The notes: generated by a model not told the origin, from the sequence alone. 38,171 nt of DNA from a virus (IMGVR_UViG_3300049844_000042:1-38171), one strand, 5' to 3'; counted from the first letter of the stretch, positions 19,153 to 28,456 are shown. Numbers and translations are program-made.

Positions 19153-20037
19153 CTATAGTAATACCTTTTCCCACTTTTGTAAAATAGACTCTGGCATTTC
19201 CATCTTAAAATCAAAGAATGGTTTGTTTAATATCATTTTCGTATCAAAGTCCTTTAAGTCCATTCTAAACTTGTACCCATTAACACCATTAGTATTGATT
19301 ATCTTGTCACTACCCTCCCAATCTGTAATGAGGACAGGTACACCCCTTTGCAACGCTTCGTATACAGAATAACAAAATCCTTCCGATTCACTTAGCTGAA
19401 CTAAGTAATCATTTCCTTTAATAAATAGGGTGGCGTCTGGATTATATCCTTTCATAGACACTTCTGGTAATGACCATAGTCTCTCCCTTAACCACACTTC
19501 CAAAGCACCAGTCCCATATATAGACCATTCAAACCTAACCCCATCCTGCTTTATTCTTGTAGCCATTTCTACTACCTTATCTATTCCCTTTCCTCTTTCA
19601 AGCCTAGACAATGTAATCAACCTTAGTACAGGATCAACCTTTAATTCTTTTAAAATGTTAGGGATTATTACAGCCTCTACACCAAAGTGTTCCTTTAGCT
19701 TCTTTCCAGCAAGTTCACTAACTGCTACATACACATCAGCTTTAGGTAAAATCTTCACATCATAATGCTTTAGGTCTGTGTGTATAAGCTGTATCTTTTT
19801 CTTTGCCTTAATATTAGCCTCGCCAACAAATACAGATGACTGTATAACCACATCACATTCAAAGGGCTGTCCATTGTCCTGTTCCACCTTGCAAACCTCT
19901 TTAAACTCACTTGCATCGCCAAATTTATATACAAATGTGACCTTATGTGTTTTGTTTAACCATTTACAAATCTGAAGCTCACTTGTCTTAACTCCACTTA
20001 GTTCTTTTACCTTGTGATCGTAAACTATAATCTGCAT
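19153..20037 (-). CDS. Glycosyltransferase, GT-B fold (GT4-like)
   Basis: VAVSE, LSRLERGKG, EGFCYSVYEALQRGVPVL (Ex7E). Confidence 0.9.
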   Translation of the reverse strand: MQIIVYDHKVKELSGVKTSELQICKWLNKTHKVTFVYKFGDASEFKEVCKVEQDNGQPFECDVVIQSSVFVGEANIKAKKKIQLIHTDLKHYDVKILPKADVYVAVSELAGKKLKEHFGVEAVIIPNILKELKVDPVLRLITLSRLERGKGIDKVVEMATRIKQDGVRFEWSIYGTGALEVWLRERLWSLPEVSMKGYNPDATLFIKGNDYLVQLSESEGFCYSVYEALQRGVPVLITDWEGSDKIINTNGVNGYKFRMDLKDFDTKMILNKPFFDFKMEMPESILQKWEKVLL

Positions 20038-21095
20038 TCGTTCTTAAATAACTCTAAATATTTATCTTTCATTGATTCCCATGATAGCTTTCTAGATATA
20101 GTTCTAGCTAATAGGCTGTTCTTTACAATATCAGTACTAACATTTAACACCTTATCCATTAGATCATTAGCCTCAACATCAAACACCTCTACCATTGCCC
20201 TTGTTACAAATTGATTCAATGAGTTAGCTCTTACTAGCCACTTTTCAGGTAATAGGTCTTCATTAGGGGATATATTAGGCATTACAACTGGTATACAAGC
20301 AGAAAGTGCTTCCAGCATAGGAATACAAAGTCCCCCATATCTTCTAGGGAGAACTAATAAATCCATTTCCTTATACATCTCAGTATTATCCTCTATATCA
20401 TAAATAACCCTTAGATTAGGATTGTCTCTAACAGTTCTTTTAATCTCCTTGTTTATCTCGTCATATAATTCCCTTCCCCTTTCTTCTTTTGGTGTCTGTA
20501 TATAAATCACATACTTAAAGCTATCACCCATCTTCTTTACCATGTTTAAAAAGCTCATAGTTCCATTCCTATCATTAGTTGCTACCCTTCCTGCAATATG
20601 ACCTATTGTCTTTACCTCTGTGATGCTTCTTTCAGGTATCTTCTCTTTATCTATAGGAAGTGGCAATCTCTCAACCCTTGCCATAGCTAAACAAGCGACA
20701 TCATATAGATGCCAAGATGTAGGAGCTAATAATAAGTCTGGTGTTGGTAAATTCTTGTTAGATATATATGATAAAAACTCGTAATTATAATGAATGATAC
20801 TCTTAACTCTTAACTCTCTTGCTCTTTTAAGCATATTAAAATTAAGAGGTGTTTCAGCCATAAAGATAATGTCTAACCCCTGTAGAAACTTCTCTATCAC
20901 CTCATTAGTTGGAAAACCATTACAAAGTATTACATGAGGGAAATCCCTATACCATTCAGGGTGTTGTGCCATTCCATTGAGGCTAGACAAATCAATAAGC
21001 AATATCCGAACAGGATCAAGGTGTCTGCAATAATCAAGCGTCTGCACTCCAAGCCCTGTCCAAGTGGAATAAGCCACTATTCCTAAGTTTGTCAT
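20025..21095 (-). CDS. Glycosyltransferase, GT-B fold (GT4-like)
   Basis: TGLGVQT N-term; DLLVLPRRYGGLCIPMLEALSACIPVV. Confidence 0.85.
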   Translation of the reverse strand: MTNLGIVAYSTWTGLGVQTLDYCRHLDPVRILLIDLSSLNGMAQHPEWYRDFPHVILCNGFPTNEVIEKFLQGLDIIFMAETPLNFNMLKRARELRVKSIIHYNYEFLSYISNKNLPTPDLLLAPTSWHLYDVACLAMARVERLPLPIDKEKIPERSITEVKTIGHIAGRVATNDRNGTMSFLNMVKKMGDSFKYVIYIQTPKEERGRELYDEINKEIKRTVRDNPNLRVIYDIEDNTEMYKEMDLLVLPRRYGGLCIPMLEALSACIPVVMPNISPNEDLLPEKWLVRANSLNQFVTRAMVEVFDVEANDLMDKVLNVSTDIVKNSLLARTISRKLSWESMKDKYLELFKNECRL

Positions 21096-22690
21096 TAAAA
21101 TTTCATGTTATATTTAATCTCCGATCCCCTAGCATTTAAGTGATAACTTCTTTTAATATTCCCATTCATTGGGTGATAAATCCATAGTTTAAACATATTC
21201 CAACCCTGTAATTGTTGAGAGTCCCAAGCATTAATACAAACTCCGTGCATCTTGTCTTCAATAAAAGTAATTGCGTCAGGAGAGAAGTGATCTGCAAGTA
21301 TTCTCTCATAGAACTTCTTAGATGCTAGATGTGGTCTTTGTGACCATTGGTATGTTCTTATTAAAGGAATACCTTCCAAAATTCTAGGCTCTTGATCTAT
21401 CATCATATATCTATGAGGCTCTGGTATAAATGCTTCAAAGTGTAATCTTATTAAGTCTGCCTCCCCTGAATCAATAACCTTGCCCATTTCTTTAAATGGT
21501 ATTTCACAATCAGGAGTTATAGGAGTATCATGTTCAACATACAGTATCTTATCTGTTCTGATCTGTCCTATTACCCCTTTAAACATCTTAACCTGGTGGC
21601 TATGCTCACTAAATACAAAAGGTACAACATTCTTATATGTCTTATTGCACTTCCACAACATTCTAGATATATATTCTTGGTATGCCTCATTTAAGTCTTT
21701 CTGTTCCTCTCTTACTCCATCAAATGTTAAAAAGATCTCTGCATCAGGTAAATGTTTTCTTACAGTAGATATCGTTTCCTCTGTAATACCAGTGTCTGGA
21801 TTAAACATATTAGGGGAAGTAGGTATAACTACTGTAATCCCATCCCTGTTTAATTGCTGTTTACTTATAAAATTATAGTCATCAACTAGGTTACACATAA
21901 TCTGCCTTTTTCTTCTTTGCCACCATGCGAATATCAGGTTTGAATTTGTAGGAAAGGTGTCGTAAAAGTAATCTATATGTCCTACCTGTGACTCCCAATC
22001 CTCTATAAGTGGAAACTGTATGTCCTCGCCATAGATCATCTGCCAATATCCATCTTTTTTGTTTGTAGCAGAATACTTATCTACTAAAGGAATACACCCA
22101 AGTTCTAGTGCTTCAAATGTTCTAAATGTATCAGGTGTCATTGATCCCCCTGCACTGGGTATTATCTTTGCACTAGCCATCTTCTTAATATATTCTTCTT
22201 GAGATAAACCAAGAGTAAAGCCCTTTGATTCTATTAACTCCCCATCGCTTCTAGTTCTTAATATTCCTATCATATCCCTTCTCCTACTGTGAGTGTTCTG
22301 TCCACTAAAAAACCATTTTAAAGTTCTTTTAGGGTGTTCGGTTATTAGTTCTGTATGTGGCGTGTATCCTTCTTCAACAAACCTATCAACTTGTGGATGT
22401 TCTTTTCCTGCCTGTGGTGTCATTAACCACACTTTCATATTGTTATGAATTAGCTTAGAGGTATCAAAGAAATCATCCTCATTTGAAGTAAGGATGAGCA
22501 ATACACCCTCTAATGTAGAAATATATTTATTAATTTCTTCTATCTTATCCAGATTCTTTCCTGCTGGTATAACAACAATCTCGTAACCCTCCTTCTCCTG
22601 TATGTTTGCTTCCTTAATAATTTTAGACAACAGATGTTGATCCCAATATCCTGATTCTGGAGCTTCTTTGTTAAAATTCAAAAACTTCAT
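21095..22690 (-). CDS. Two-domain glycosyltransferase: exostosin/GT47-like + GT-A-fold
   Basis: FFSGQ..R, EYIKKMASAK..P.GG..DTFRTFEALELGCIPL; then ITVVIPTS, TFDG, YVEHD. Confidence 0.8.
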   Translation of the reverse strand: MKFLNFNKEAPESGYWDQHLLSKIIKEANIQEKEGYEIVVIPAGKNLDKIEEINKYISTLEGVLLILTSNEDDFFDTSKLIHNNMKVWLMTPQAGKEHPQVDRFVEEGYTPHTELITEHPKRTLKWFFSGQNTHSRRRDMIGILRTRSDGELIESKGFTLGLSQEEYIKKMASAKIIPSAGGSMTPDTFRTFEALELGCIPLVDKYSATNKKDGYWQMIYGEDIQFPLIEDWESQVGHIDYFYDTFPTNSNLIFAWWQRRKRQIMCNLVDDYNFISKQQLNRDGITVVIPTSPNMFNPDTGITEETISTVRKHLPDAEIFLTFDGVREEQKDLNEAYQEYISRMLWKCNKTYKNVVPFVFSEHSHQVKMFKGVIGQIRTDKILYVEHDTPITPDCEIPFKEMGKVIDSGEADLIRLHFEAFIPEPHRYMMIDQEPRILEGIPLIRTYQWSQRPHLASKKFYERILADHFSPDAITFIEDKMHGVCINAWDSQQLQGWNMFKLWIYHPMNGNIKRSYHLNARGSEIKYNMKF

Positions 22691-23433
22691 TTAAAAGGCT
22701 TAAATAATAAATGTAACTCATGGTCATAATCCAAACATTCAAACTTATAACCACATTCCTTCATATAACCAATTAGATCTCCAGCATATTGATTAAAATA
22801 GTTAAACATAAACTCACAATGCACTGACACATATACTAGTGGTCTATCTCTAGTCAGAATCTCTTTAGTGCCTTTTAAAACTTCAAATTCAGCACCTTCT
22901 ACATCAATGGTAATCATATCAACCTTCTTTTGAGGAAAGTATAGCAACATAAACTCATCTAATTTGATTTGTGCTGTTGTAGCAACCTCTTGAGCCAAGT
23001 GTTTAAAACCATGATTTCCAATAAGTTCTCCATCTGCACATCTAGGAAATTCACCAAATGACATGAACTGGGTTACATCTCTTTGAGGTGGATTAAGTTC
23101 TGTAGAAGCACTTGCAAAGCCTACAAAACAAGCCAAAGGTATCTTTAGATCATTATGCGACCAGATTGCTTTCACATTAGCCCATACTTTAGGATTAGGC
23201 TCGAACATAATTATATTCTCACATTTTTGAGCTAATAAAGCTGAAATATCTCCTTCTTCCGTTCCAATATCTAGGACAAGATCTCCTTTCTTTAGGTTAT
23301 CCATCATAGAAGCAATTCTTTTGACTTCCCATCCAGTTTTCCACTCTGGTCTGTCTGCTCTATGGTCTGGTAGTATTATTTTCCAAGTTCCATTGATTAA
23401 TGTTTCTCTCATTTTAATAACATCCATCTCCAA
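22687..23433 (-). CDS. FkbM-family SAM methyltransferase
   Basis: VLDIG..G, FEPNP, IDVEGAEFEVLKG. Confidence 0.88.
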   Translation of the reverse strand: MEMDVIKMRETLINGTWKIILPDHRADRPEWKTGWEVKRIASMMDNLKKGDLVLDIGTEEGDISALLAQKCENIIMFEPNPKVWANVKAIWSHNDLKIPLACFVGFASASTELNPPQRDVTQFMSFGEFPRCADGELIGNHGFKHLAQEVATTAQIKLDEFMLLYFPQKKVDMITIDVEGAEFEVLKGTKEILTRDRPLVYVSVHCEFMFNYFNQYAGDLIGYMKECGYKFECLDYDHELHLLFKPFK

Positions 23434-23996
23434 TTAGGTAGAAATTGATTCATAACCTTAAAAGAGTTAAATCCCGCCTCTAAAGCATATTTATACATTT
23501 CCATTTCACTCCTTTGCCAACTAAACTCTGTTTTTTCTGTTCCCTCAACAAATTGTATCAAACAGCTTCCTCCTTTATTCATATTTCTTTTCATTTCTTT
23601 TAGTATCTCTTTTATACCTTCATCGTCTATGTGTTGGAATACTGTTATGGAATATAGGAAATCAAATCTAATATCAAAAGTTCTTCCATCTGTTACCAAG
23701 TAAAACTTAGAAGAATTTAAGCCTTTATTAAAATTACAAAAATTAACCATCCTATTACTTATGTCTAACCCATAAAGAAAGGAATTGTCTATTGACAATC
23801 CACTGGAAATCCTTCCTGTAGCACATCCATATTCAACCACCACAAACTCCTCCTCATTGTTCTTTTTCTCAATAAATTGCATAATCCAATCCTGAAGCTC
23901 TTTTGCTGTAGGCACAGGATCAAAAATCATATCAAACCTATTCTCCTTCACAATATTGTCCCAGTATTCCCTTTCCTTTTTAACTCTTTCGTTCAT
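23409..23996 (-). CDS. Class I SAM-dependent methyltransferase
   Basis: VVEYGCATGR, GLDISNRM, FDFLYSITVFQHI. Confidence 0.88.
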   Translation of the reverse strand: MNERVKKEREYWDNIVKENRFDMIFDPVPTAKELQDWIMQFIEKKNNEEEFVVVEYGCATGRISSGLSIDNSFLYGLDISNRMVNFCNFNKGLNSSKFYLVTDGRTFDIRFDFLYSITVFQHIDDEGIKEILKEMKRNMNKGGSCLIQFVEGTEKTEFSWQRSEMEMYKYALEAGFNSFKVMNQFLPNWRWMLLK

Positions 23997-24936
23997 TGTT
24001 TATAGTTTCAAGTAGATACTGTAATCTCTTAGTATATGTGTGGTCTGTTCTTGCCCTTAAATTACCCCTTAGCCTAATCAATTCCCTTTCTTCCTCATTA
24101 TCCAAATAAAGATCTATTGTTCGTTTAAGCCCATCAAAATCGCCAAATTTATAGGTAACCAACTCTCTATCACTCCCCTCTAGTTTAAAATGATCCTCTA
24201 ATCCTTTAATGTATGGAAATATCATAAAAGCACCTCTTCCAGTTGCTTCAAACAGTCTATCTGAAAAGTAATATGGGTAATCAAATCCTTTGCATAAAGT
24301 GTCTCCAATAACTACTTTAGCACTCGCATATAAATCATTAAGATCCTTTCCTCTAATAGTTCCTTTTCCACCACCACCCCATTGGGTAAATCTATCCCCA
24401 TAGGTCTTTTCTAGCCATTCAATAAGCTGTGGTCTGTAAGCCCATTCTGGATGATAACCTCTAGATCCAACAAATACTACATCCTGCTGTAATTCTGGTC
24501 GCTTCTCACCAAAATAGCACTCATCTTCAAAAACTCCTGGAGGAAGATAAAAAGCTTTAATTCCTCTCTTTTCTAGGTCTGGCACAAACAGTTTGTCTAC
24601 GGTAAAAAAATACTCTATGTTCCAATAAGGATCTATATCAATTAATATCTCTCTTTCTATTCCTTTGAACAGATCTAGGTGATAACCTACGGATGGTATA
24701 CCCCTCTTCTTTAGTTCAGCATATACATCTTTGATTCCTTCTATTCTCCAATTATCTCCATGTGTATGAGTATGATAAAGCATATCACTCTTAACTACAT
24801 TTTCCATTACCTCATTTTTATTAGTTTTGTTTTCCTGTATTCTAATAACCTTATGCCCCATCTTCTCAAATGTTTTTGCATGGTGACTTTCTGTACTATA
24901 ATCTACTTCATGATTACCAACAAATGTGATTATCAT
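23980..24936 (-). CDS. CgeB-like glycosyltransferase (Glyco_trans_1_2)
   Basis: DVVFVGS, LNDLYASAKVVIG, SDRLFEATGRG, HTYTKR. Confidence 0.88.
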   Translation of the reverse strand: MIITFVGNHEVDYSTESHHAKTFEKMGHKVIRIQENKTNKNEVMENVVKSDMLYHTHTHGDNWRIEGIKDVYAELKKRGIPSVGYHLDLFKGIEREILIDIDPYWNIEYFFTVDKLFVPDLEKRGIKAFYLPPGVFEDECYFGEKRPELQQDVVFVGSRGYHPEWAYRPQLIEWLEKTYGDRFTQWGGGGKGTIRGKDLNDLYASAKVVIGDTLCKGFDYPYYFSDRLFEATGRGAFMIFPYIKGLEDHFKLEGSDRELVTYKFGDFDGLKRTIDLYLDNEEERELIRLRGNLRARTDHTYTKRLQYLLETINNERKS

Positions 24937-24938
24937 TT

Positions 24939-25388
24939 TTACTTAATAATATATAATTCTTCTGCTTGACTCCTTGCCTTGATAGCCTCTTGAATATCTT
25001 TAAAATATCCAAGCTCAATGCGATTTTTGCCTCCTCCAATATATGCTCTCCAAGCCTTTATGGGTTTAAACCAGTTTACTCCTTTGACACCAGACTTATT
25101 ATTCTTGTGTATACCAGAATTAAAGTTATTCTGCGTTCTGTTTACTATTCGGAGGTTAGACTTTCTATTATCAAGTGGATTTCTATTTATATGATCGGTA
25201 TCAAATTCTTTGGGAGTATTCATTATCATCTTATGTAACAGTATTACCTTCCTAGTCTTTAATCTTCTATTTCCTACTTCTGTAATGACATAATCTCCTG
25301 ACATTCTATGCCAACTATACTTGTTGATTAGAGGACAATCTTCTTCGTCTATTAAGAAATATCCCCCATCTGGTAGTCTTATTTTCAT
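24939..25388 (-). CDS. HNH homing endonuclease with AP2 domain
   Basis: DHINRNPLDNRKSNLR; SGVKGV..WRAYI..LGYF..EAIKAR. Confidence 0.92.
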   Translation of the reverse strand: MKIRLPDGGYFLIDEEDCPLINKYSWHRMSGDYVITEVGNRRLKTRKVILLHKMIMNTPKEFDTDHINRNPLDNRKSNLRIVNRTQNNFNSGIHKNNKSGVKGVNWFKPIKAWRAYIGGGKNRIELGYFKDIQEAIKARSQAEELYIIK

Positions 25389-25394
25389 AATATA

Positions 25395-25423
25395 AATATA
25401 CTCTTAAATTATGTTACTATCAA
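25395..25423 (-). promoter_or_regulatory. Sigma70-like promoter, probably leaderless, heading the HNH-glycan-packaging operon
   Basis: TTGATA-17 bp-TATATT; ATG lies 6 nt after the -10. Confidence 0.6.
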
Positions 25424-25516
25424 TTACTTTATTAGGTTAGAGCAAAAATAATAGATTGAATAAATAATCCACATTGCCATAAGTAATATTAGTAGGAGGT
25501 CAACTAGCTTCTTCAT
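25424..25516 (-). CDS. 30-aa hydrophobic peptide
   Basis: MKKLVDLLLILLMAMWIIYSIYYFCSNLIK*; ATGA overlap with the upstream ORF. Confidence 0.5.
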   Translation of the reverse strand: MKKLVDLLLILLMAMWIIYSIYYFCSNLIK

Positions 25517-25731
25517 TTCTTTTCCTCCTTAATTATTTTAGTCCACTTATTGCCCACTATTAGATACTGCATCAATCTCCAAAATGCGTTAGGCGTATTC
25601 TCTTTGGTTGTTTTAATACTAAAGACTAGCCGATTCATACCAAATAGCTCACATTCATAAACATATTCTGGCTCTGTATAAATGTTCATAAACTCCTTTG
25701 TTTTTCCTGTAGTGTCTACAAAGTCTGACAT
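25513..25731 (-). CDS. Hypothetical protein
   Basis: 72 aa coupled ORF. Confidence 0.65.
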   Translation of the reverse strand: MSDFVDTTGKTKEFMNIYTEPEYVYECELFGMNRLVFSIKTTKENTPNAFWRLMQYLIVGNKWTKIIKEEKK

Positions 25732-25732
25732 T

Positions 25733-26080
25733 TTATTTGCTTGTTTCCTTTAACATCTTATTTAACTTAACCAATATAGCTGTAAAGACATTCTTGCTTG
25801 GACTCATGCCATGTTGAAGCTCTTCCTTTTCTATTTGATACTTAGTTCTTTCGACTAAACTTACAAGGTTTTCTAACTCTTGATTAGTAAATCCTACCTC
25901 CTCACTATCATCTACTCCATCTAATTCTTCCATCTTATCCAGGTCAATCACCTCTTTGTATCCCAATCTTGCTAGGTGATCATCTATACTGCCCAATCTC
26001 TTGTTAATGCCTCTTAATGATTCCGTTAGGTCTATCAACATTTCAGTTTTGAAAGACTCTTCTATCTTTTTCGTTCTCAT
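25733..26080 (-). CDS. Hypothetical protein
   Basis: 115 aa, TTATTA at -17..-12. Confidence 0.7.
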   Translation of the reverse strand: MRTKKIEESFKTEMLIDLTESLRGINKRLGSIDDHLARLGYKEVIDLDKMEELDGVDDSEEVGFTNQELENLVSLVERTKYQIEKEELQHGMSPSKNVFTAILVKLNKMLKETSK

Positions 26081-26097
26081 TTCTTATGTTGTAATAA

Positions 26098-26169
26098 TTA
26101 AACTTTAAATATTGTCAGAATACAAACTATTAAAAAGGCTATACATAAACAGATAAAAAGCTCTTCCAT
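26098..26169 (-). CDS. 23-aa single-TM peptide
   Basis: MEELFICLCIAFLIVCILTIFKV*; preceded by GTTTAATTATTAC like the next gene. Confidence 0.5.
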   Translation of the reverse strand: MEELFICLCIAFLIVCILTIFKV

Positions 26170-26205
26170 CTTATATAAGTAATAATTAAACTCCTAATAA
26201 ACTAG

Positions 26206-26336
26206 TTGGTAAACTTAGTTTTAAGACTTATTAAGAGAATATCCTACGCGTAGATTTCTCAATGGACTAATCGCTTAATCCTCGTCTTAGTATGACGATC
26301 AGATGTAGCAAAGCACCCCATACCTAAGTTCACCAA
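26206..26336 (-). ncRNA. Candidate structured RNA (nested multi-way junctions), unknown family
   Basis: 13-bp closing helix plus four inner helices; G-U pairs work only on the minus strand. Confidence 0.65.
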
Positions 26337-26361
26337 ACAGTCTATTAAGTTGTTAAAAGAG

Positions 26362-26769
26362 CTAATAAAGTATTTTCTCTAATCTATTATAAACTGATCT
26401 CTTTGTGCTTTTAACCCGCCCATTTTCAATATAATTAACACCCATAACAGAAATTTCAAGTACCTTTGCGATATCTCCCTGTGACAACCCACGCAAAGTT
26501 CTAAAGTTTAGCAGTAAAGTAGGAATCTTTGAGTCAATTGGTGCTGTCTTCCTAAATTGATCCCTCCGTTCTTTCCACTTTCTTAATAGCTTCTCTCTAT
26601 TTTTAGTATAATATTGTTTCCACCTTTTTCTAATCTTAGTTTTGTTCTTTCCGTAATATTTCCTTCCTTCTATCGCCTCTCGTTTTCGGAATTTTAAGCT
26701 CAATCTTTGAGTACGCTTATATTCTCTATTATATTGCCTTAGCTTTTCCCTTCTTTCTGTTTCTGTCAT
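26362..26769 (-). CDS. XRE-family HTH protein with basic N-terminal helix
   Basis: RTLRGLSQGDIAKVLEISVMGVNYIENG. Confidence 0.8.
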   Translation of the reverse strand: MTETERREKLRQYNREYKRTQRLSLKFRKREAIEGRKYYGKNKTKIRKRWKQYYTKNREKLLRKWKERRDQFRKTAPIDSKIPTLLLNFRTLRGLSQGDIAKVLEISVMGVNYIENGRVKSTKRSVYNRLEKILY

Positions 26770-27486
26770 TTAATCTACTCCCAATATTATTTTAAGTTTC
26801 TCCTCTCCAAATTTCTCTAGTGCCTTGTCTAGTAGGTTAGAGTCTAGGCAGTATGTAGTGCCTTCATATCTAGCACATTGACATACATTCCAATTTATAC
26901 CGTTCATTGCATGGCTATAGTAAAGAAAATACTTGGCTTCATCTGAGTTCTCCCAGTTCATGTGTCTAATACCATTAAGCTCCTTACAGAAATCCTTATA
27001 CTCTTGTACTAGTAGCATCTTCTCCTTAGCTTTCTCTGCTTCTTCTTCTGTCTTGTAACAGTTGCCTATACTCCATCTAAATTGGTCTGTAAATCCACCA
27101 TTTGAAGAAGAGTTATCTACTATAAACCCAGCATCATCTATGAAATAGTATCGCATACCTCTTTCTTCTGGCTTCCATCTACCTATCTTCCTAGTTTTAA
27201 ATACTTCTTGCTCTCTATCGTTTTTTAATCCATCCCATTTTGCTTTCATAAAAGAACTCCATGCAGTTTGCTCCATGTCCATATACTTCAGTTGCAAATC
27301 AGTAAGTTGCTCTTCTAAATACTTTACTCTGCTAGTAATGGTTCTTGCTTTCTTTGCTCTTGGTTTCTTCATTTGTTTTGGTTCACCGTAATTAAGCAAG
27401 ACATCTGCAGGCTCTCTATTGGTTAGTGCATTTACTACCTCTCTATCATATCTTGCTCCTATTTTAAGTTTTCTTGTTTTCTTCAT
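26770..27486 (-). CDS. Hypothetical phage protein
   Basis: 238 aa; YYFID and IGNCYKTEEEA resemble uncharacterised phage proteins. Confidence 0.7.
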   Translation of the reverse strand: MKKTRKLKIGARYDREVVNALTNREPADVLLNYGEPKQMKKPRAKKARTITSRVKYLEEQLTDLQLKYMDMEQTAWSSFMKAKWDGLKNDREQEVFKTRKIGRWKPEERGMRYYFIDDAGFIVDNSSSNGGFTDQFRWSIGNCYKTEEEAEKAKEKMLLVQEYKDFCKELNGIRHMNWENSDEAKYFLYYSHAMNGINWNVCQCARYEGTTYCLDSNLLDKALEKFGEEKLKIILGVD

Positions 27487-27509
27487 GTTATTTGATTTAA
27501 TAGATTAAG

Positions 27510-27815
27510 TTACATAATAATACTTTCAGGACTTACAAAAATGCTATGCTTTATATACCTACTAGGATTAAAGTTCATATTGTCAAATGTTTCATACTCT
27601 ATCTGGTAGCGTGCCACTCTGTTTTTCTCGTCTCTTAAAATGTCAATAATAGTGACCTGTTCCAGTCTTGACATAGTGTCTGATGAGCTTGATGCTCCTA
27701 TAAGATAAGTCCATACTATGTCTCCAACTTTTTTCTCTCCACTTTCTAAGTAACTCAATCTTTTCTTTATATCTTCCACTTGTTTCTTCAATTCCACGAT
27801 TCCATCTTTTTTCAT
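27510..27815 (-). CDS. Hypothetical protein
   Basis: 101 aa. Confidence 0.65.
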   Translation of the reverse strand: MKKDGIVELKKQVEDIKKRLSYLESGEKKVGDIVWTYLIGASSSSDTMSRLEQVTIIDILRDEKNRVARYQIEYETFDNMNFNPSRYIKHSIFVSPESIIM

Positions 27816-27832
27816 GGTTATTTGTTTAATAG

Positions 27833-28201
27833 TTATTCACCTACAACATCTCTTATCACATCTCCACTGCAATTCATCCAACCAGCAAACCATACATCTT
27901 CGTACTTAAGTATTACATTCTTCTTTTCACTCAAAGCCTTTTTTGCCTTTCCAATTATGTCGATACTTGCATTATTTATGCAATAAGAATCTTCCTGTGA
28001 TGATTGTAAATCAGTCTTGAAATATACAACTGTTATGCGTGACATAAAGTTCTCATAAGTATCCACAGCTGTTATATAGCCTTTATGCTCTCCTTTTCCT
28101 GCAATCAGGTTAAGAGGTATCACACAGGTCAAAAGCACCACCACTACTGCTGTTATGATAATTGCAGTCCAACAACCCCCACCGAGTTCTAAGTCTTCCA
28201 T
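27833..28201 (-). CDS. Membrane-anchored hypothetical protein
   Basis: N-terminal TM segment, 122 aa. Confidence 0.7.
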   Translation of the reverse strand: MEDLELGGGCWTAIIITAVVVVLLTCVIPLNLIAGKGEHKGYITAVDTYENFMSRITVVYFKTDLQSSQEDSYCINNASIDIIGKAKKALSEKKNVILKYEDVWFAGWMNCSGDVIRDVVGE

Positions 28202-28202
28202 G

Positions 28203-28304
28203 TTATCCGAATTTAATAAGTAATAAAATACACACTCCGAATATAATAATGTACTTCCAAAACAATGGATTCTTTAGTACATCAATGGCAGTTTCGTTTT
28301 TCAC
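28203..28304 (-). CDS. 33-aa TM peptide
   Basis: GTG start overlapping upstream TGA; MKNETAIDVLKNPLFWKYIIIFGVCILLLIKFG*. Confidence 0.45.
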   Translation of the reverse strand: MKNETAIDVLKNPLFWKYIIIFGVCILLLIKFG

Positions 28305-28456
28305 TTTAAGTACTCTACTGTAAATAAAACCTTTTTGTTGTTTCCATCTACCACCATAGTCTTAATCGCTATCTTTCTATCTTTCATTAAATCATCAATC
28401 TCCTGAATAGTTATCTCTCTCCAATCATACTCTTTTGTATATATTGTGTTTGTCAT
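28301..28456 (-). CDS. 51-aa hypothetical protein
   Basis: MTNTIYTKEYDWREITIQEIDDLMKDRK...EYLK*. Confidence 0.55.
   Translation of the reverse strand: MTNTIYTKEYDWREITIQEIDDLMKDRKIAIKTMVVDGNNKKVLFTVEYLK

Noticed and set aside
22687-23996. DNA methyltransferases
   Set aside because: No DPPY/NPPY or PCQ catalytic motifs; the signatures are FkbM and small-molecule class I types.
26206-26336. Hammerhead ribozyme or tRNA
   Set aside because: CUGAUCG and GAAA are not arranged as a hammerhead core, and there is no T-loop or cloverleaf.
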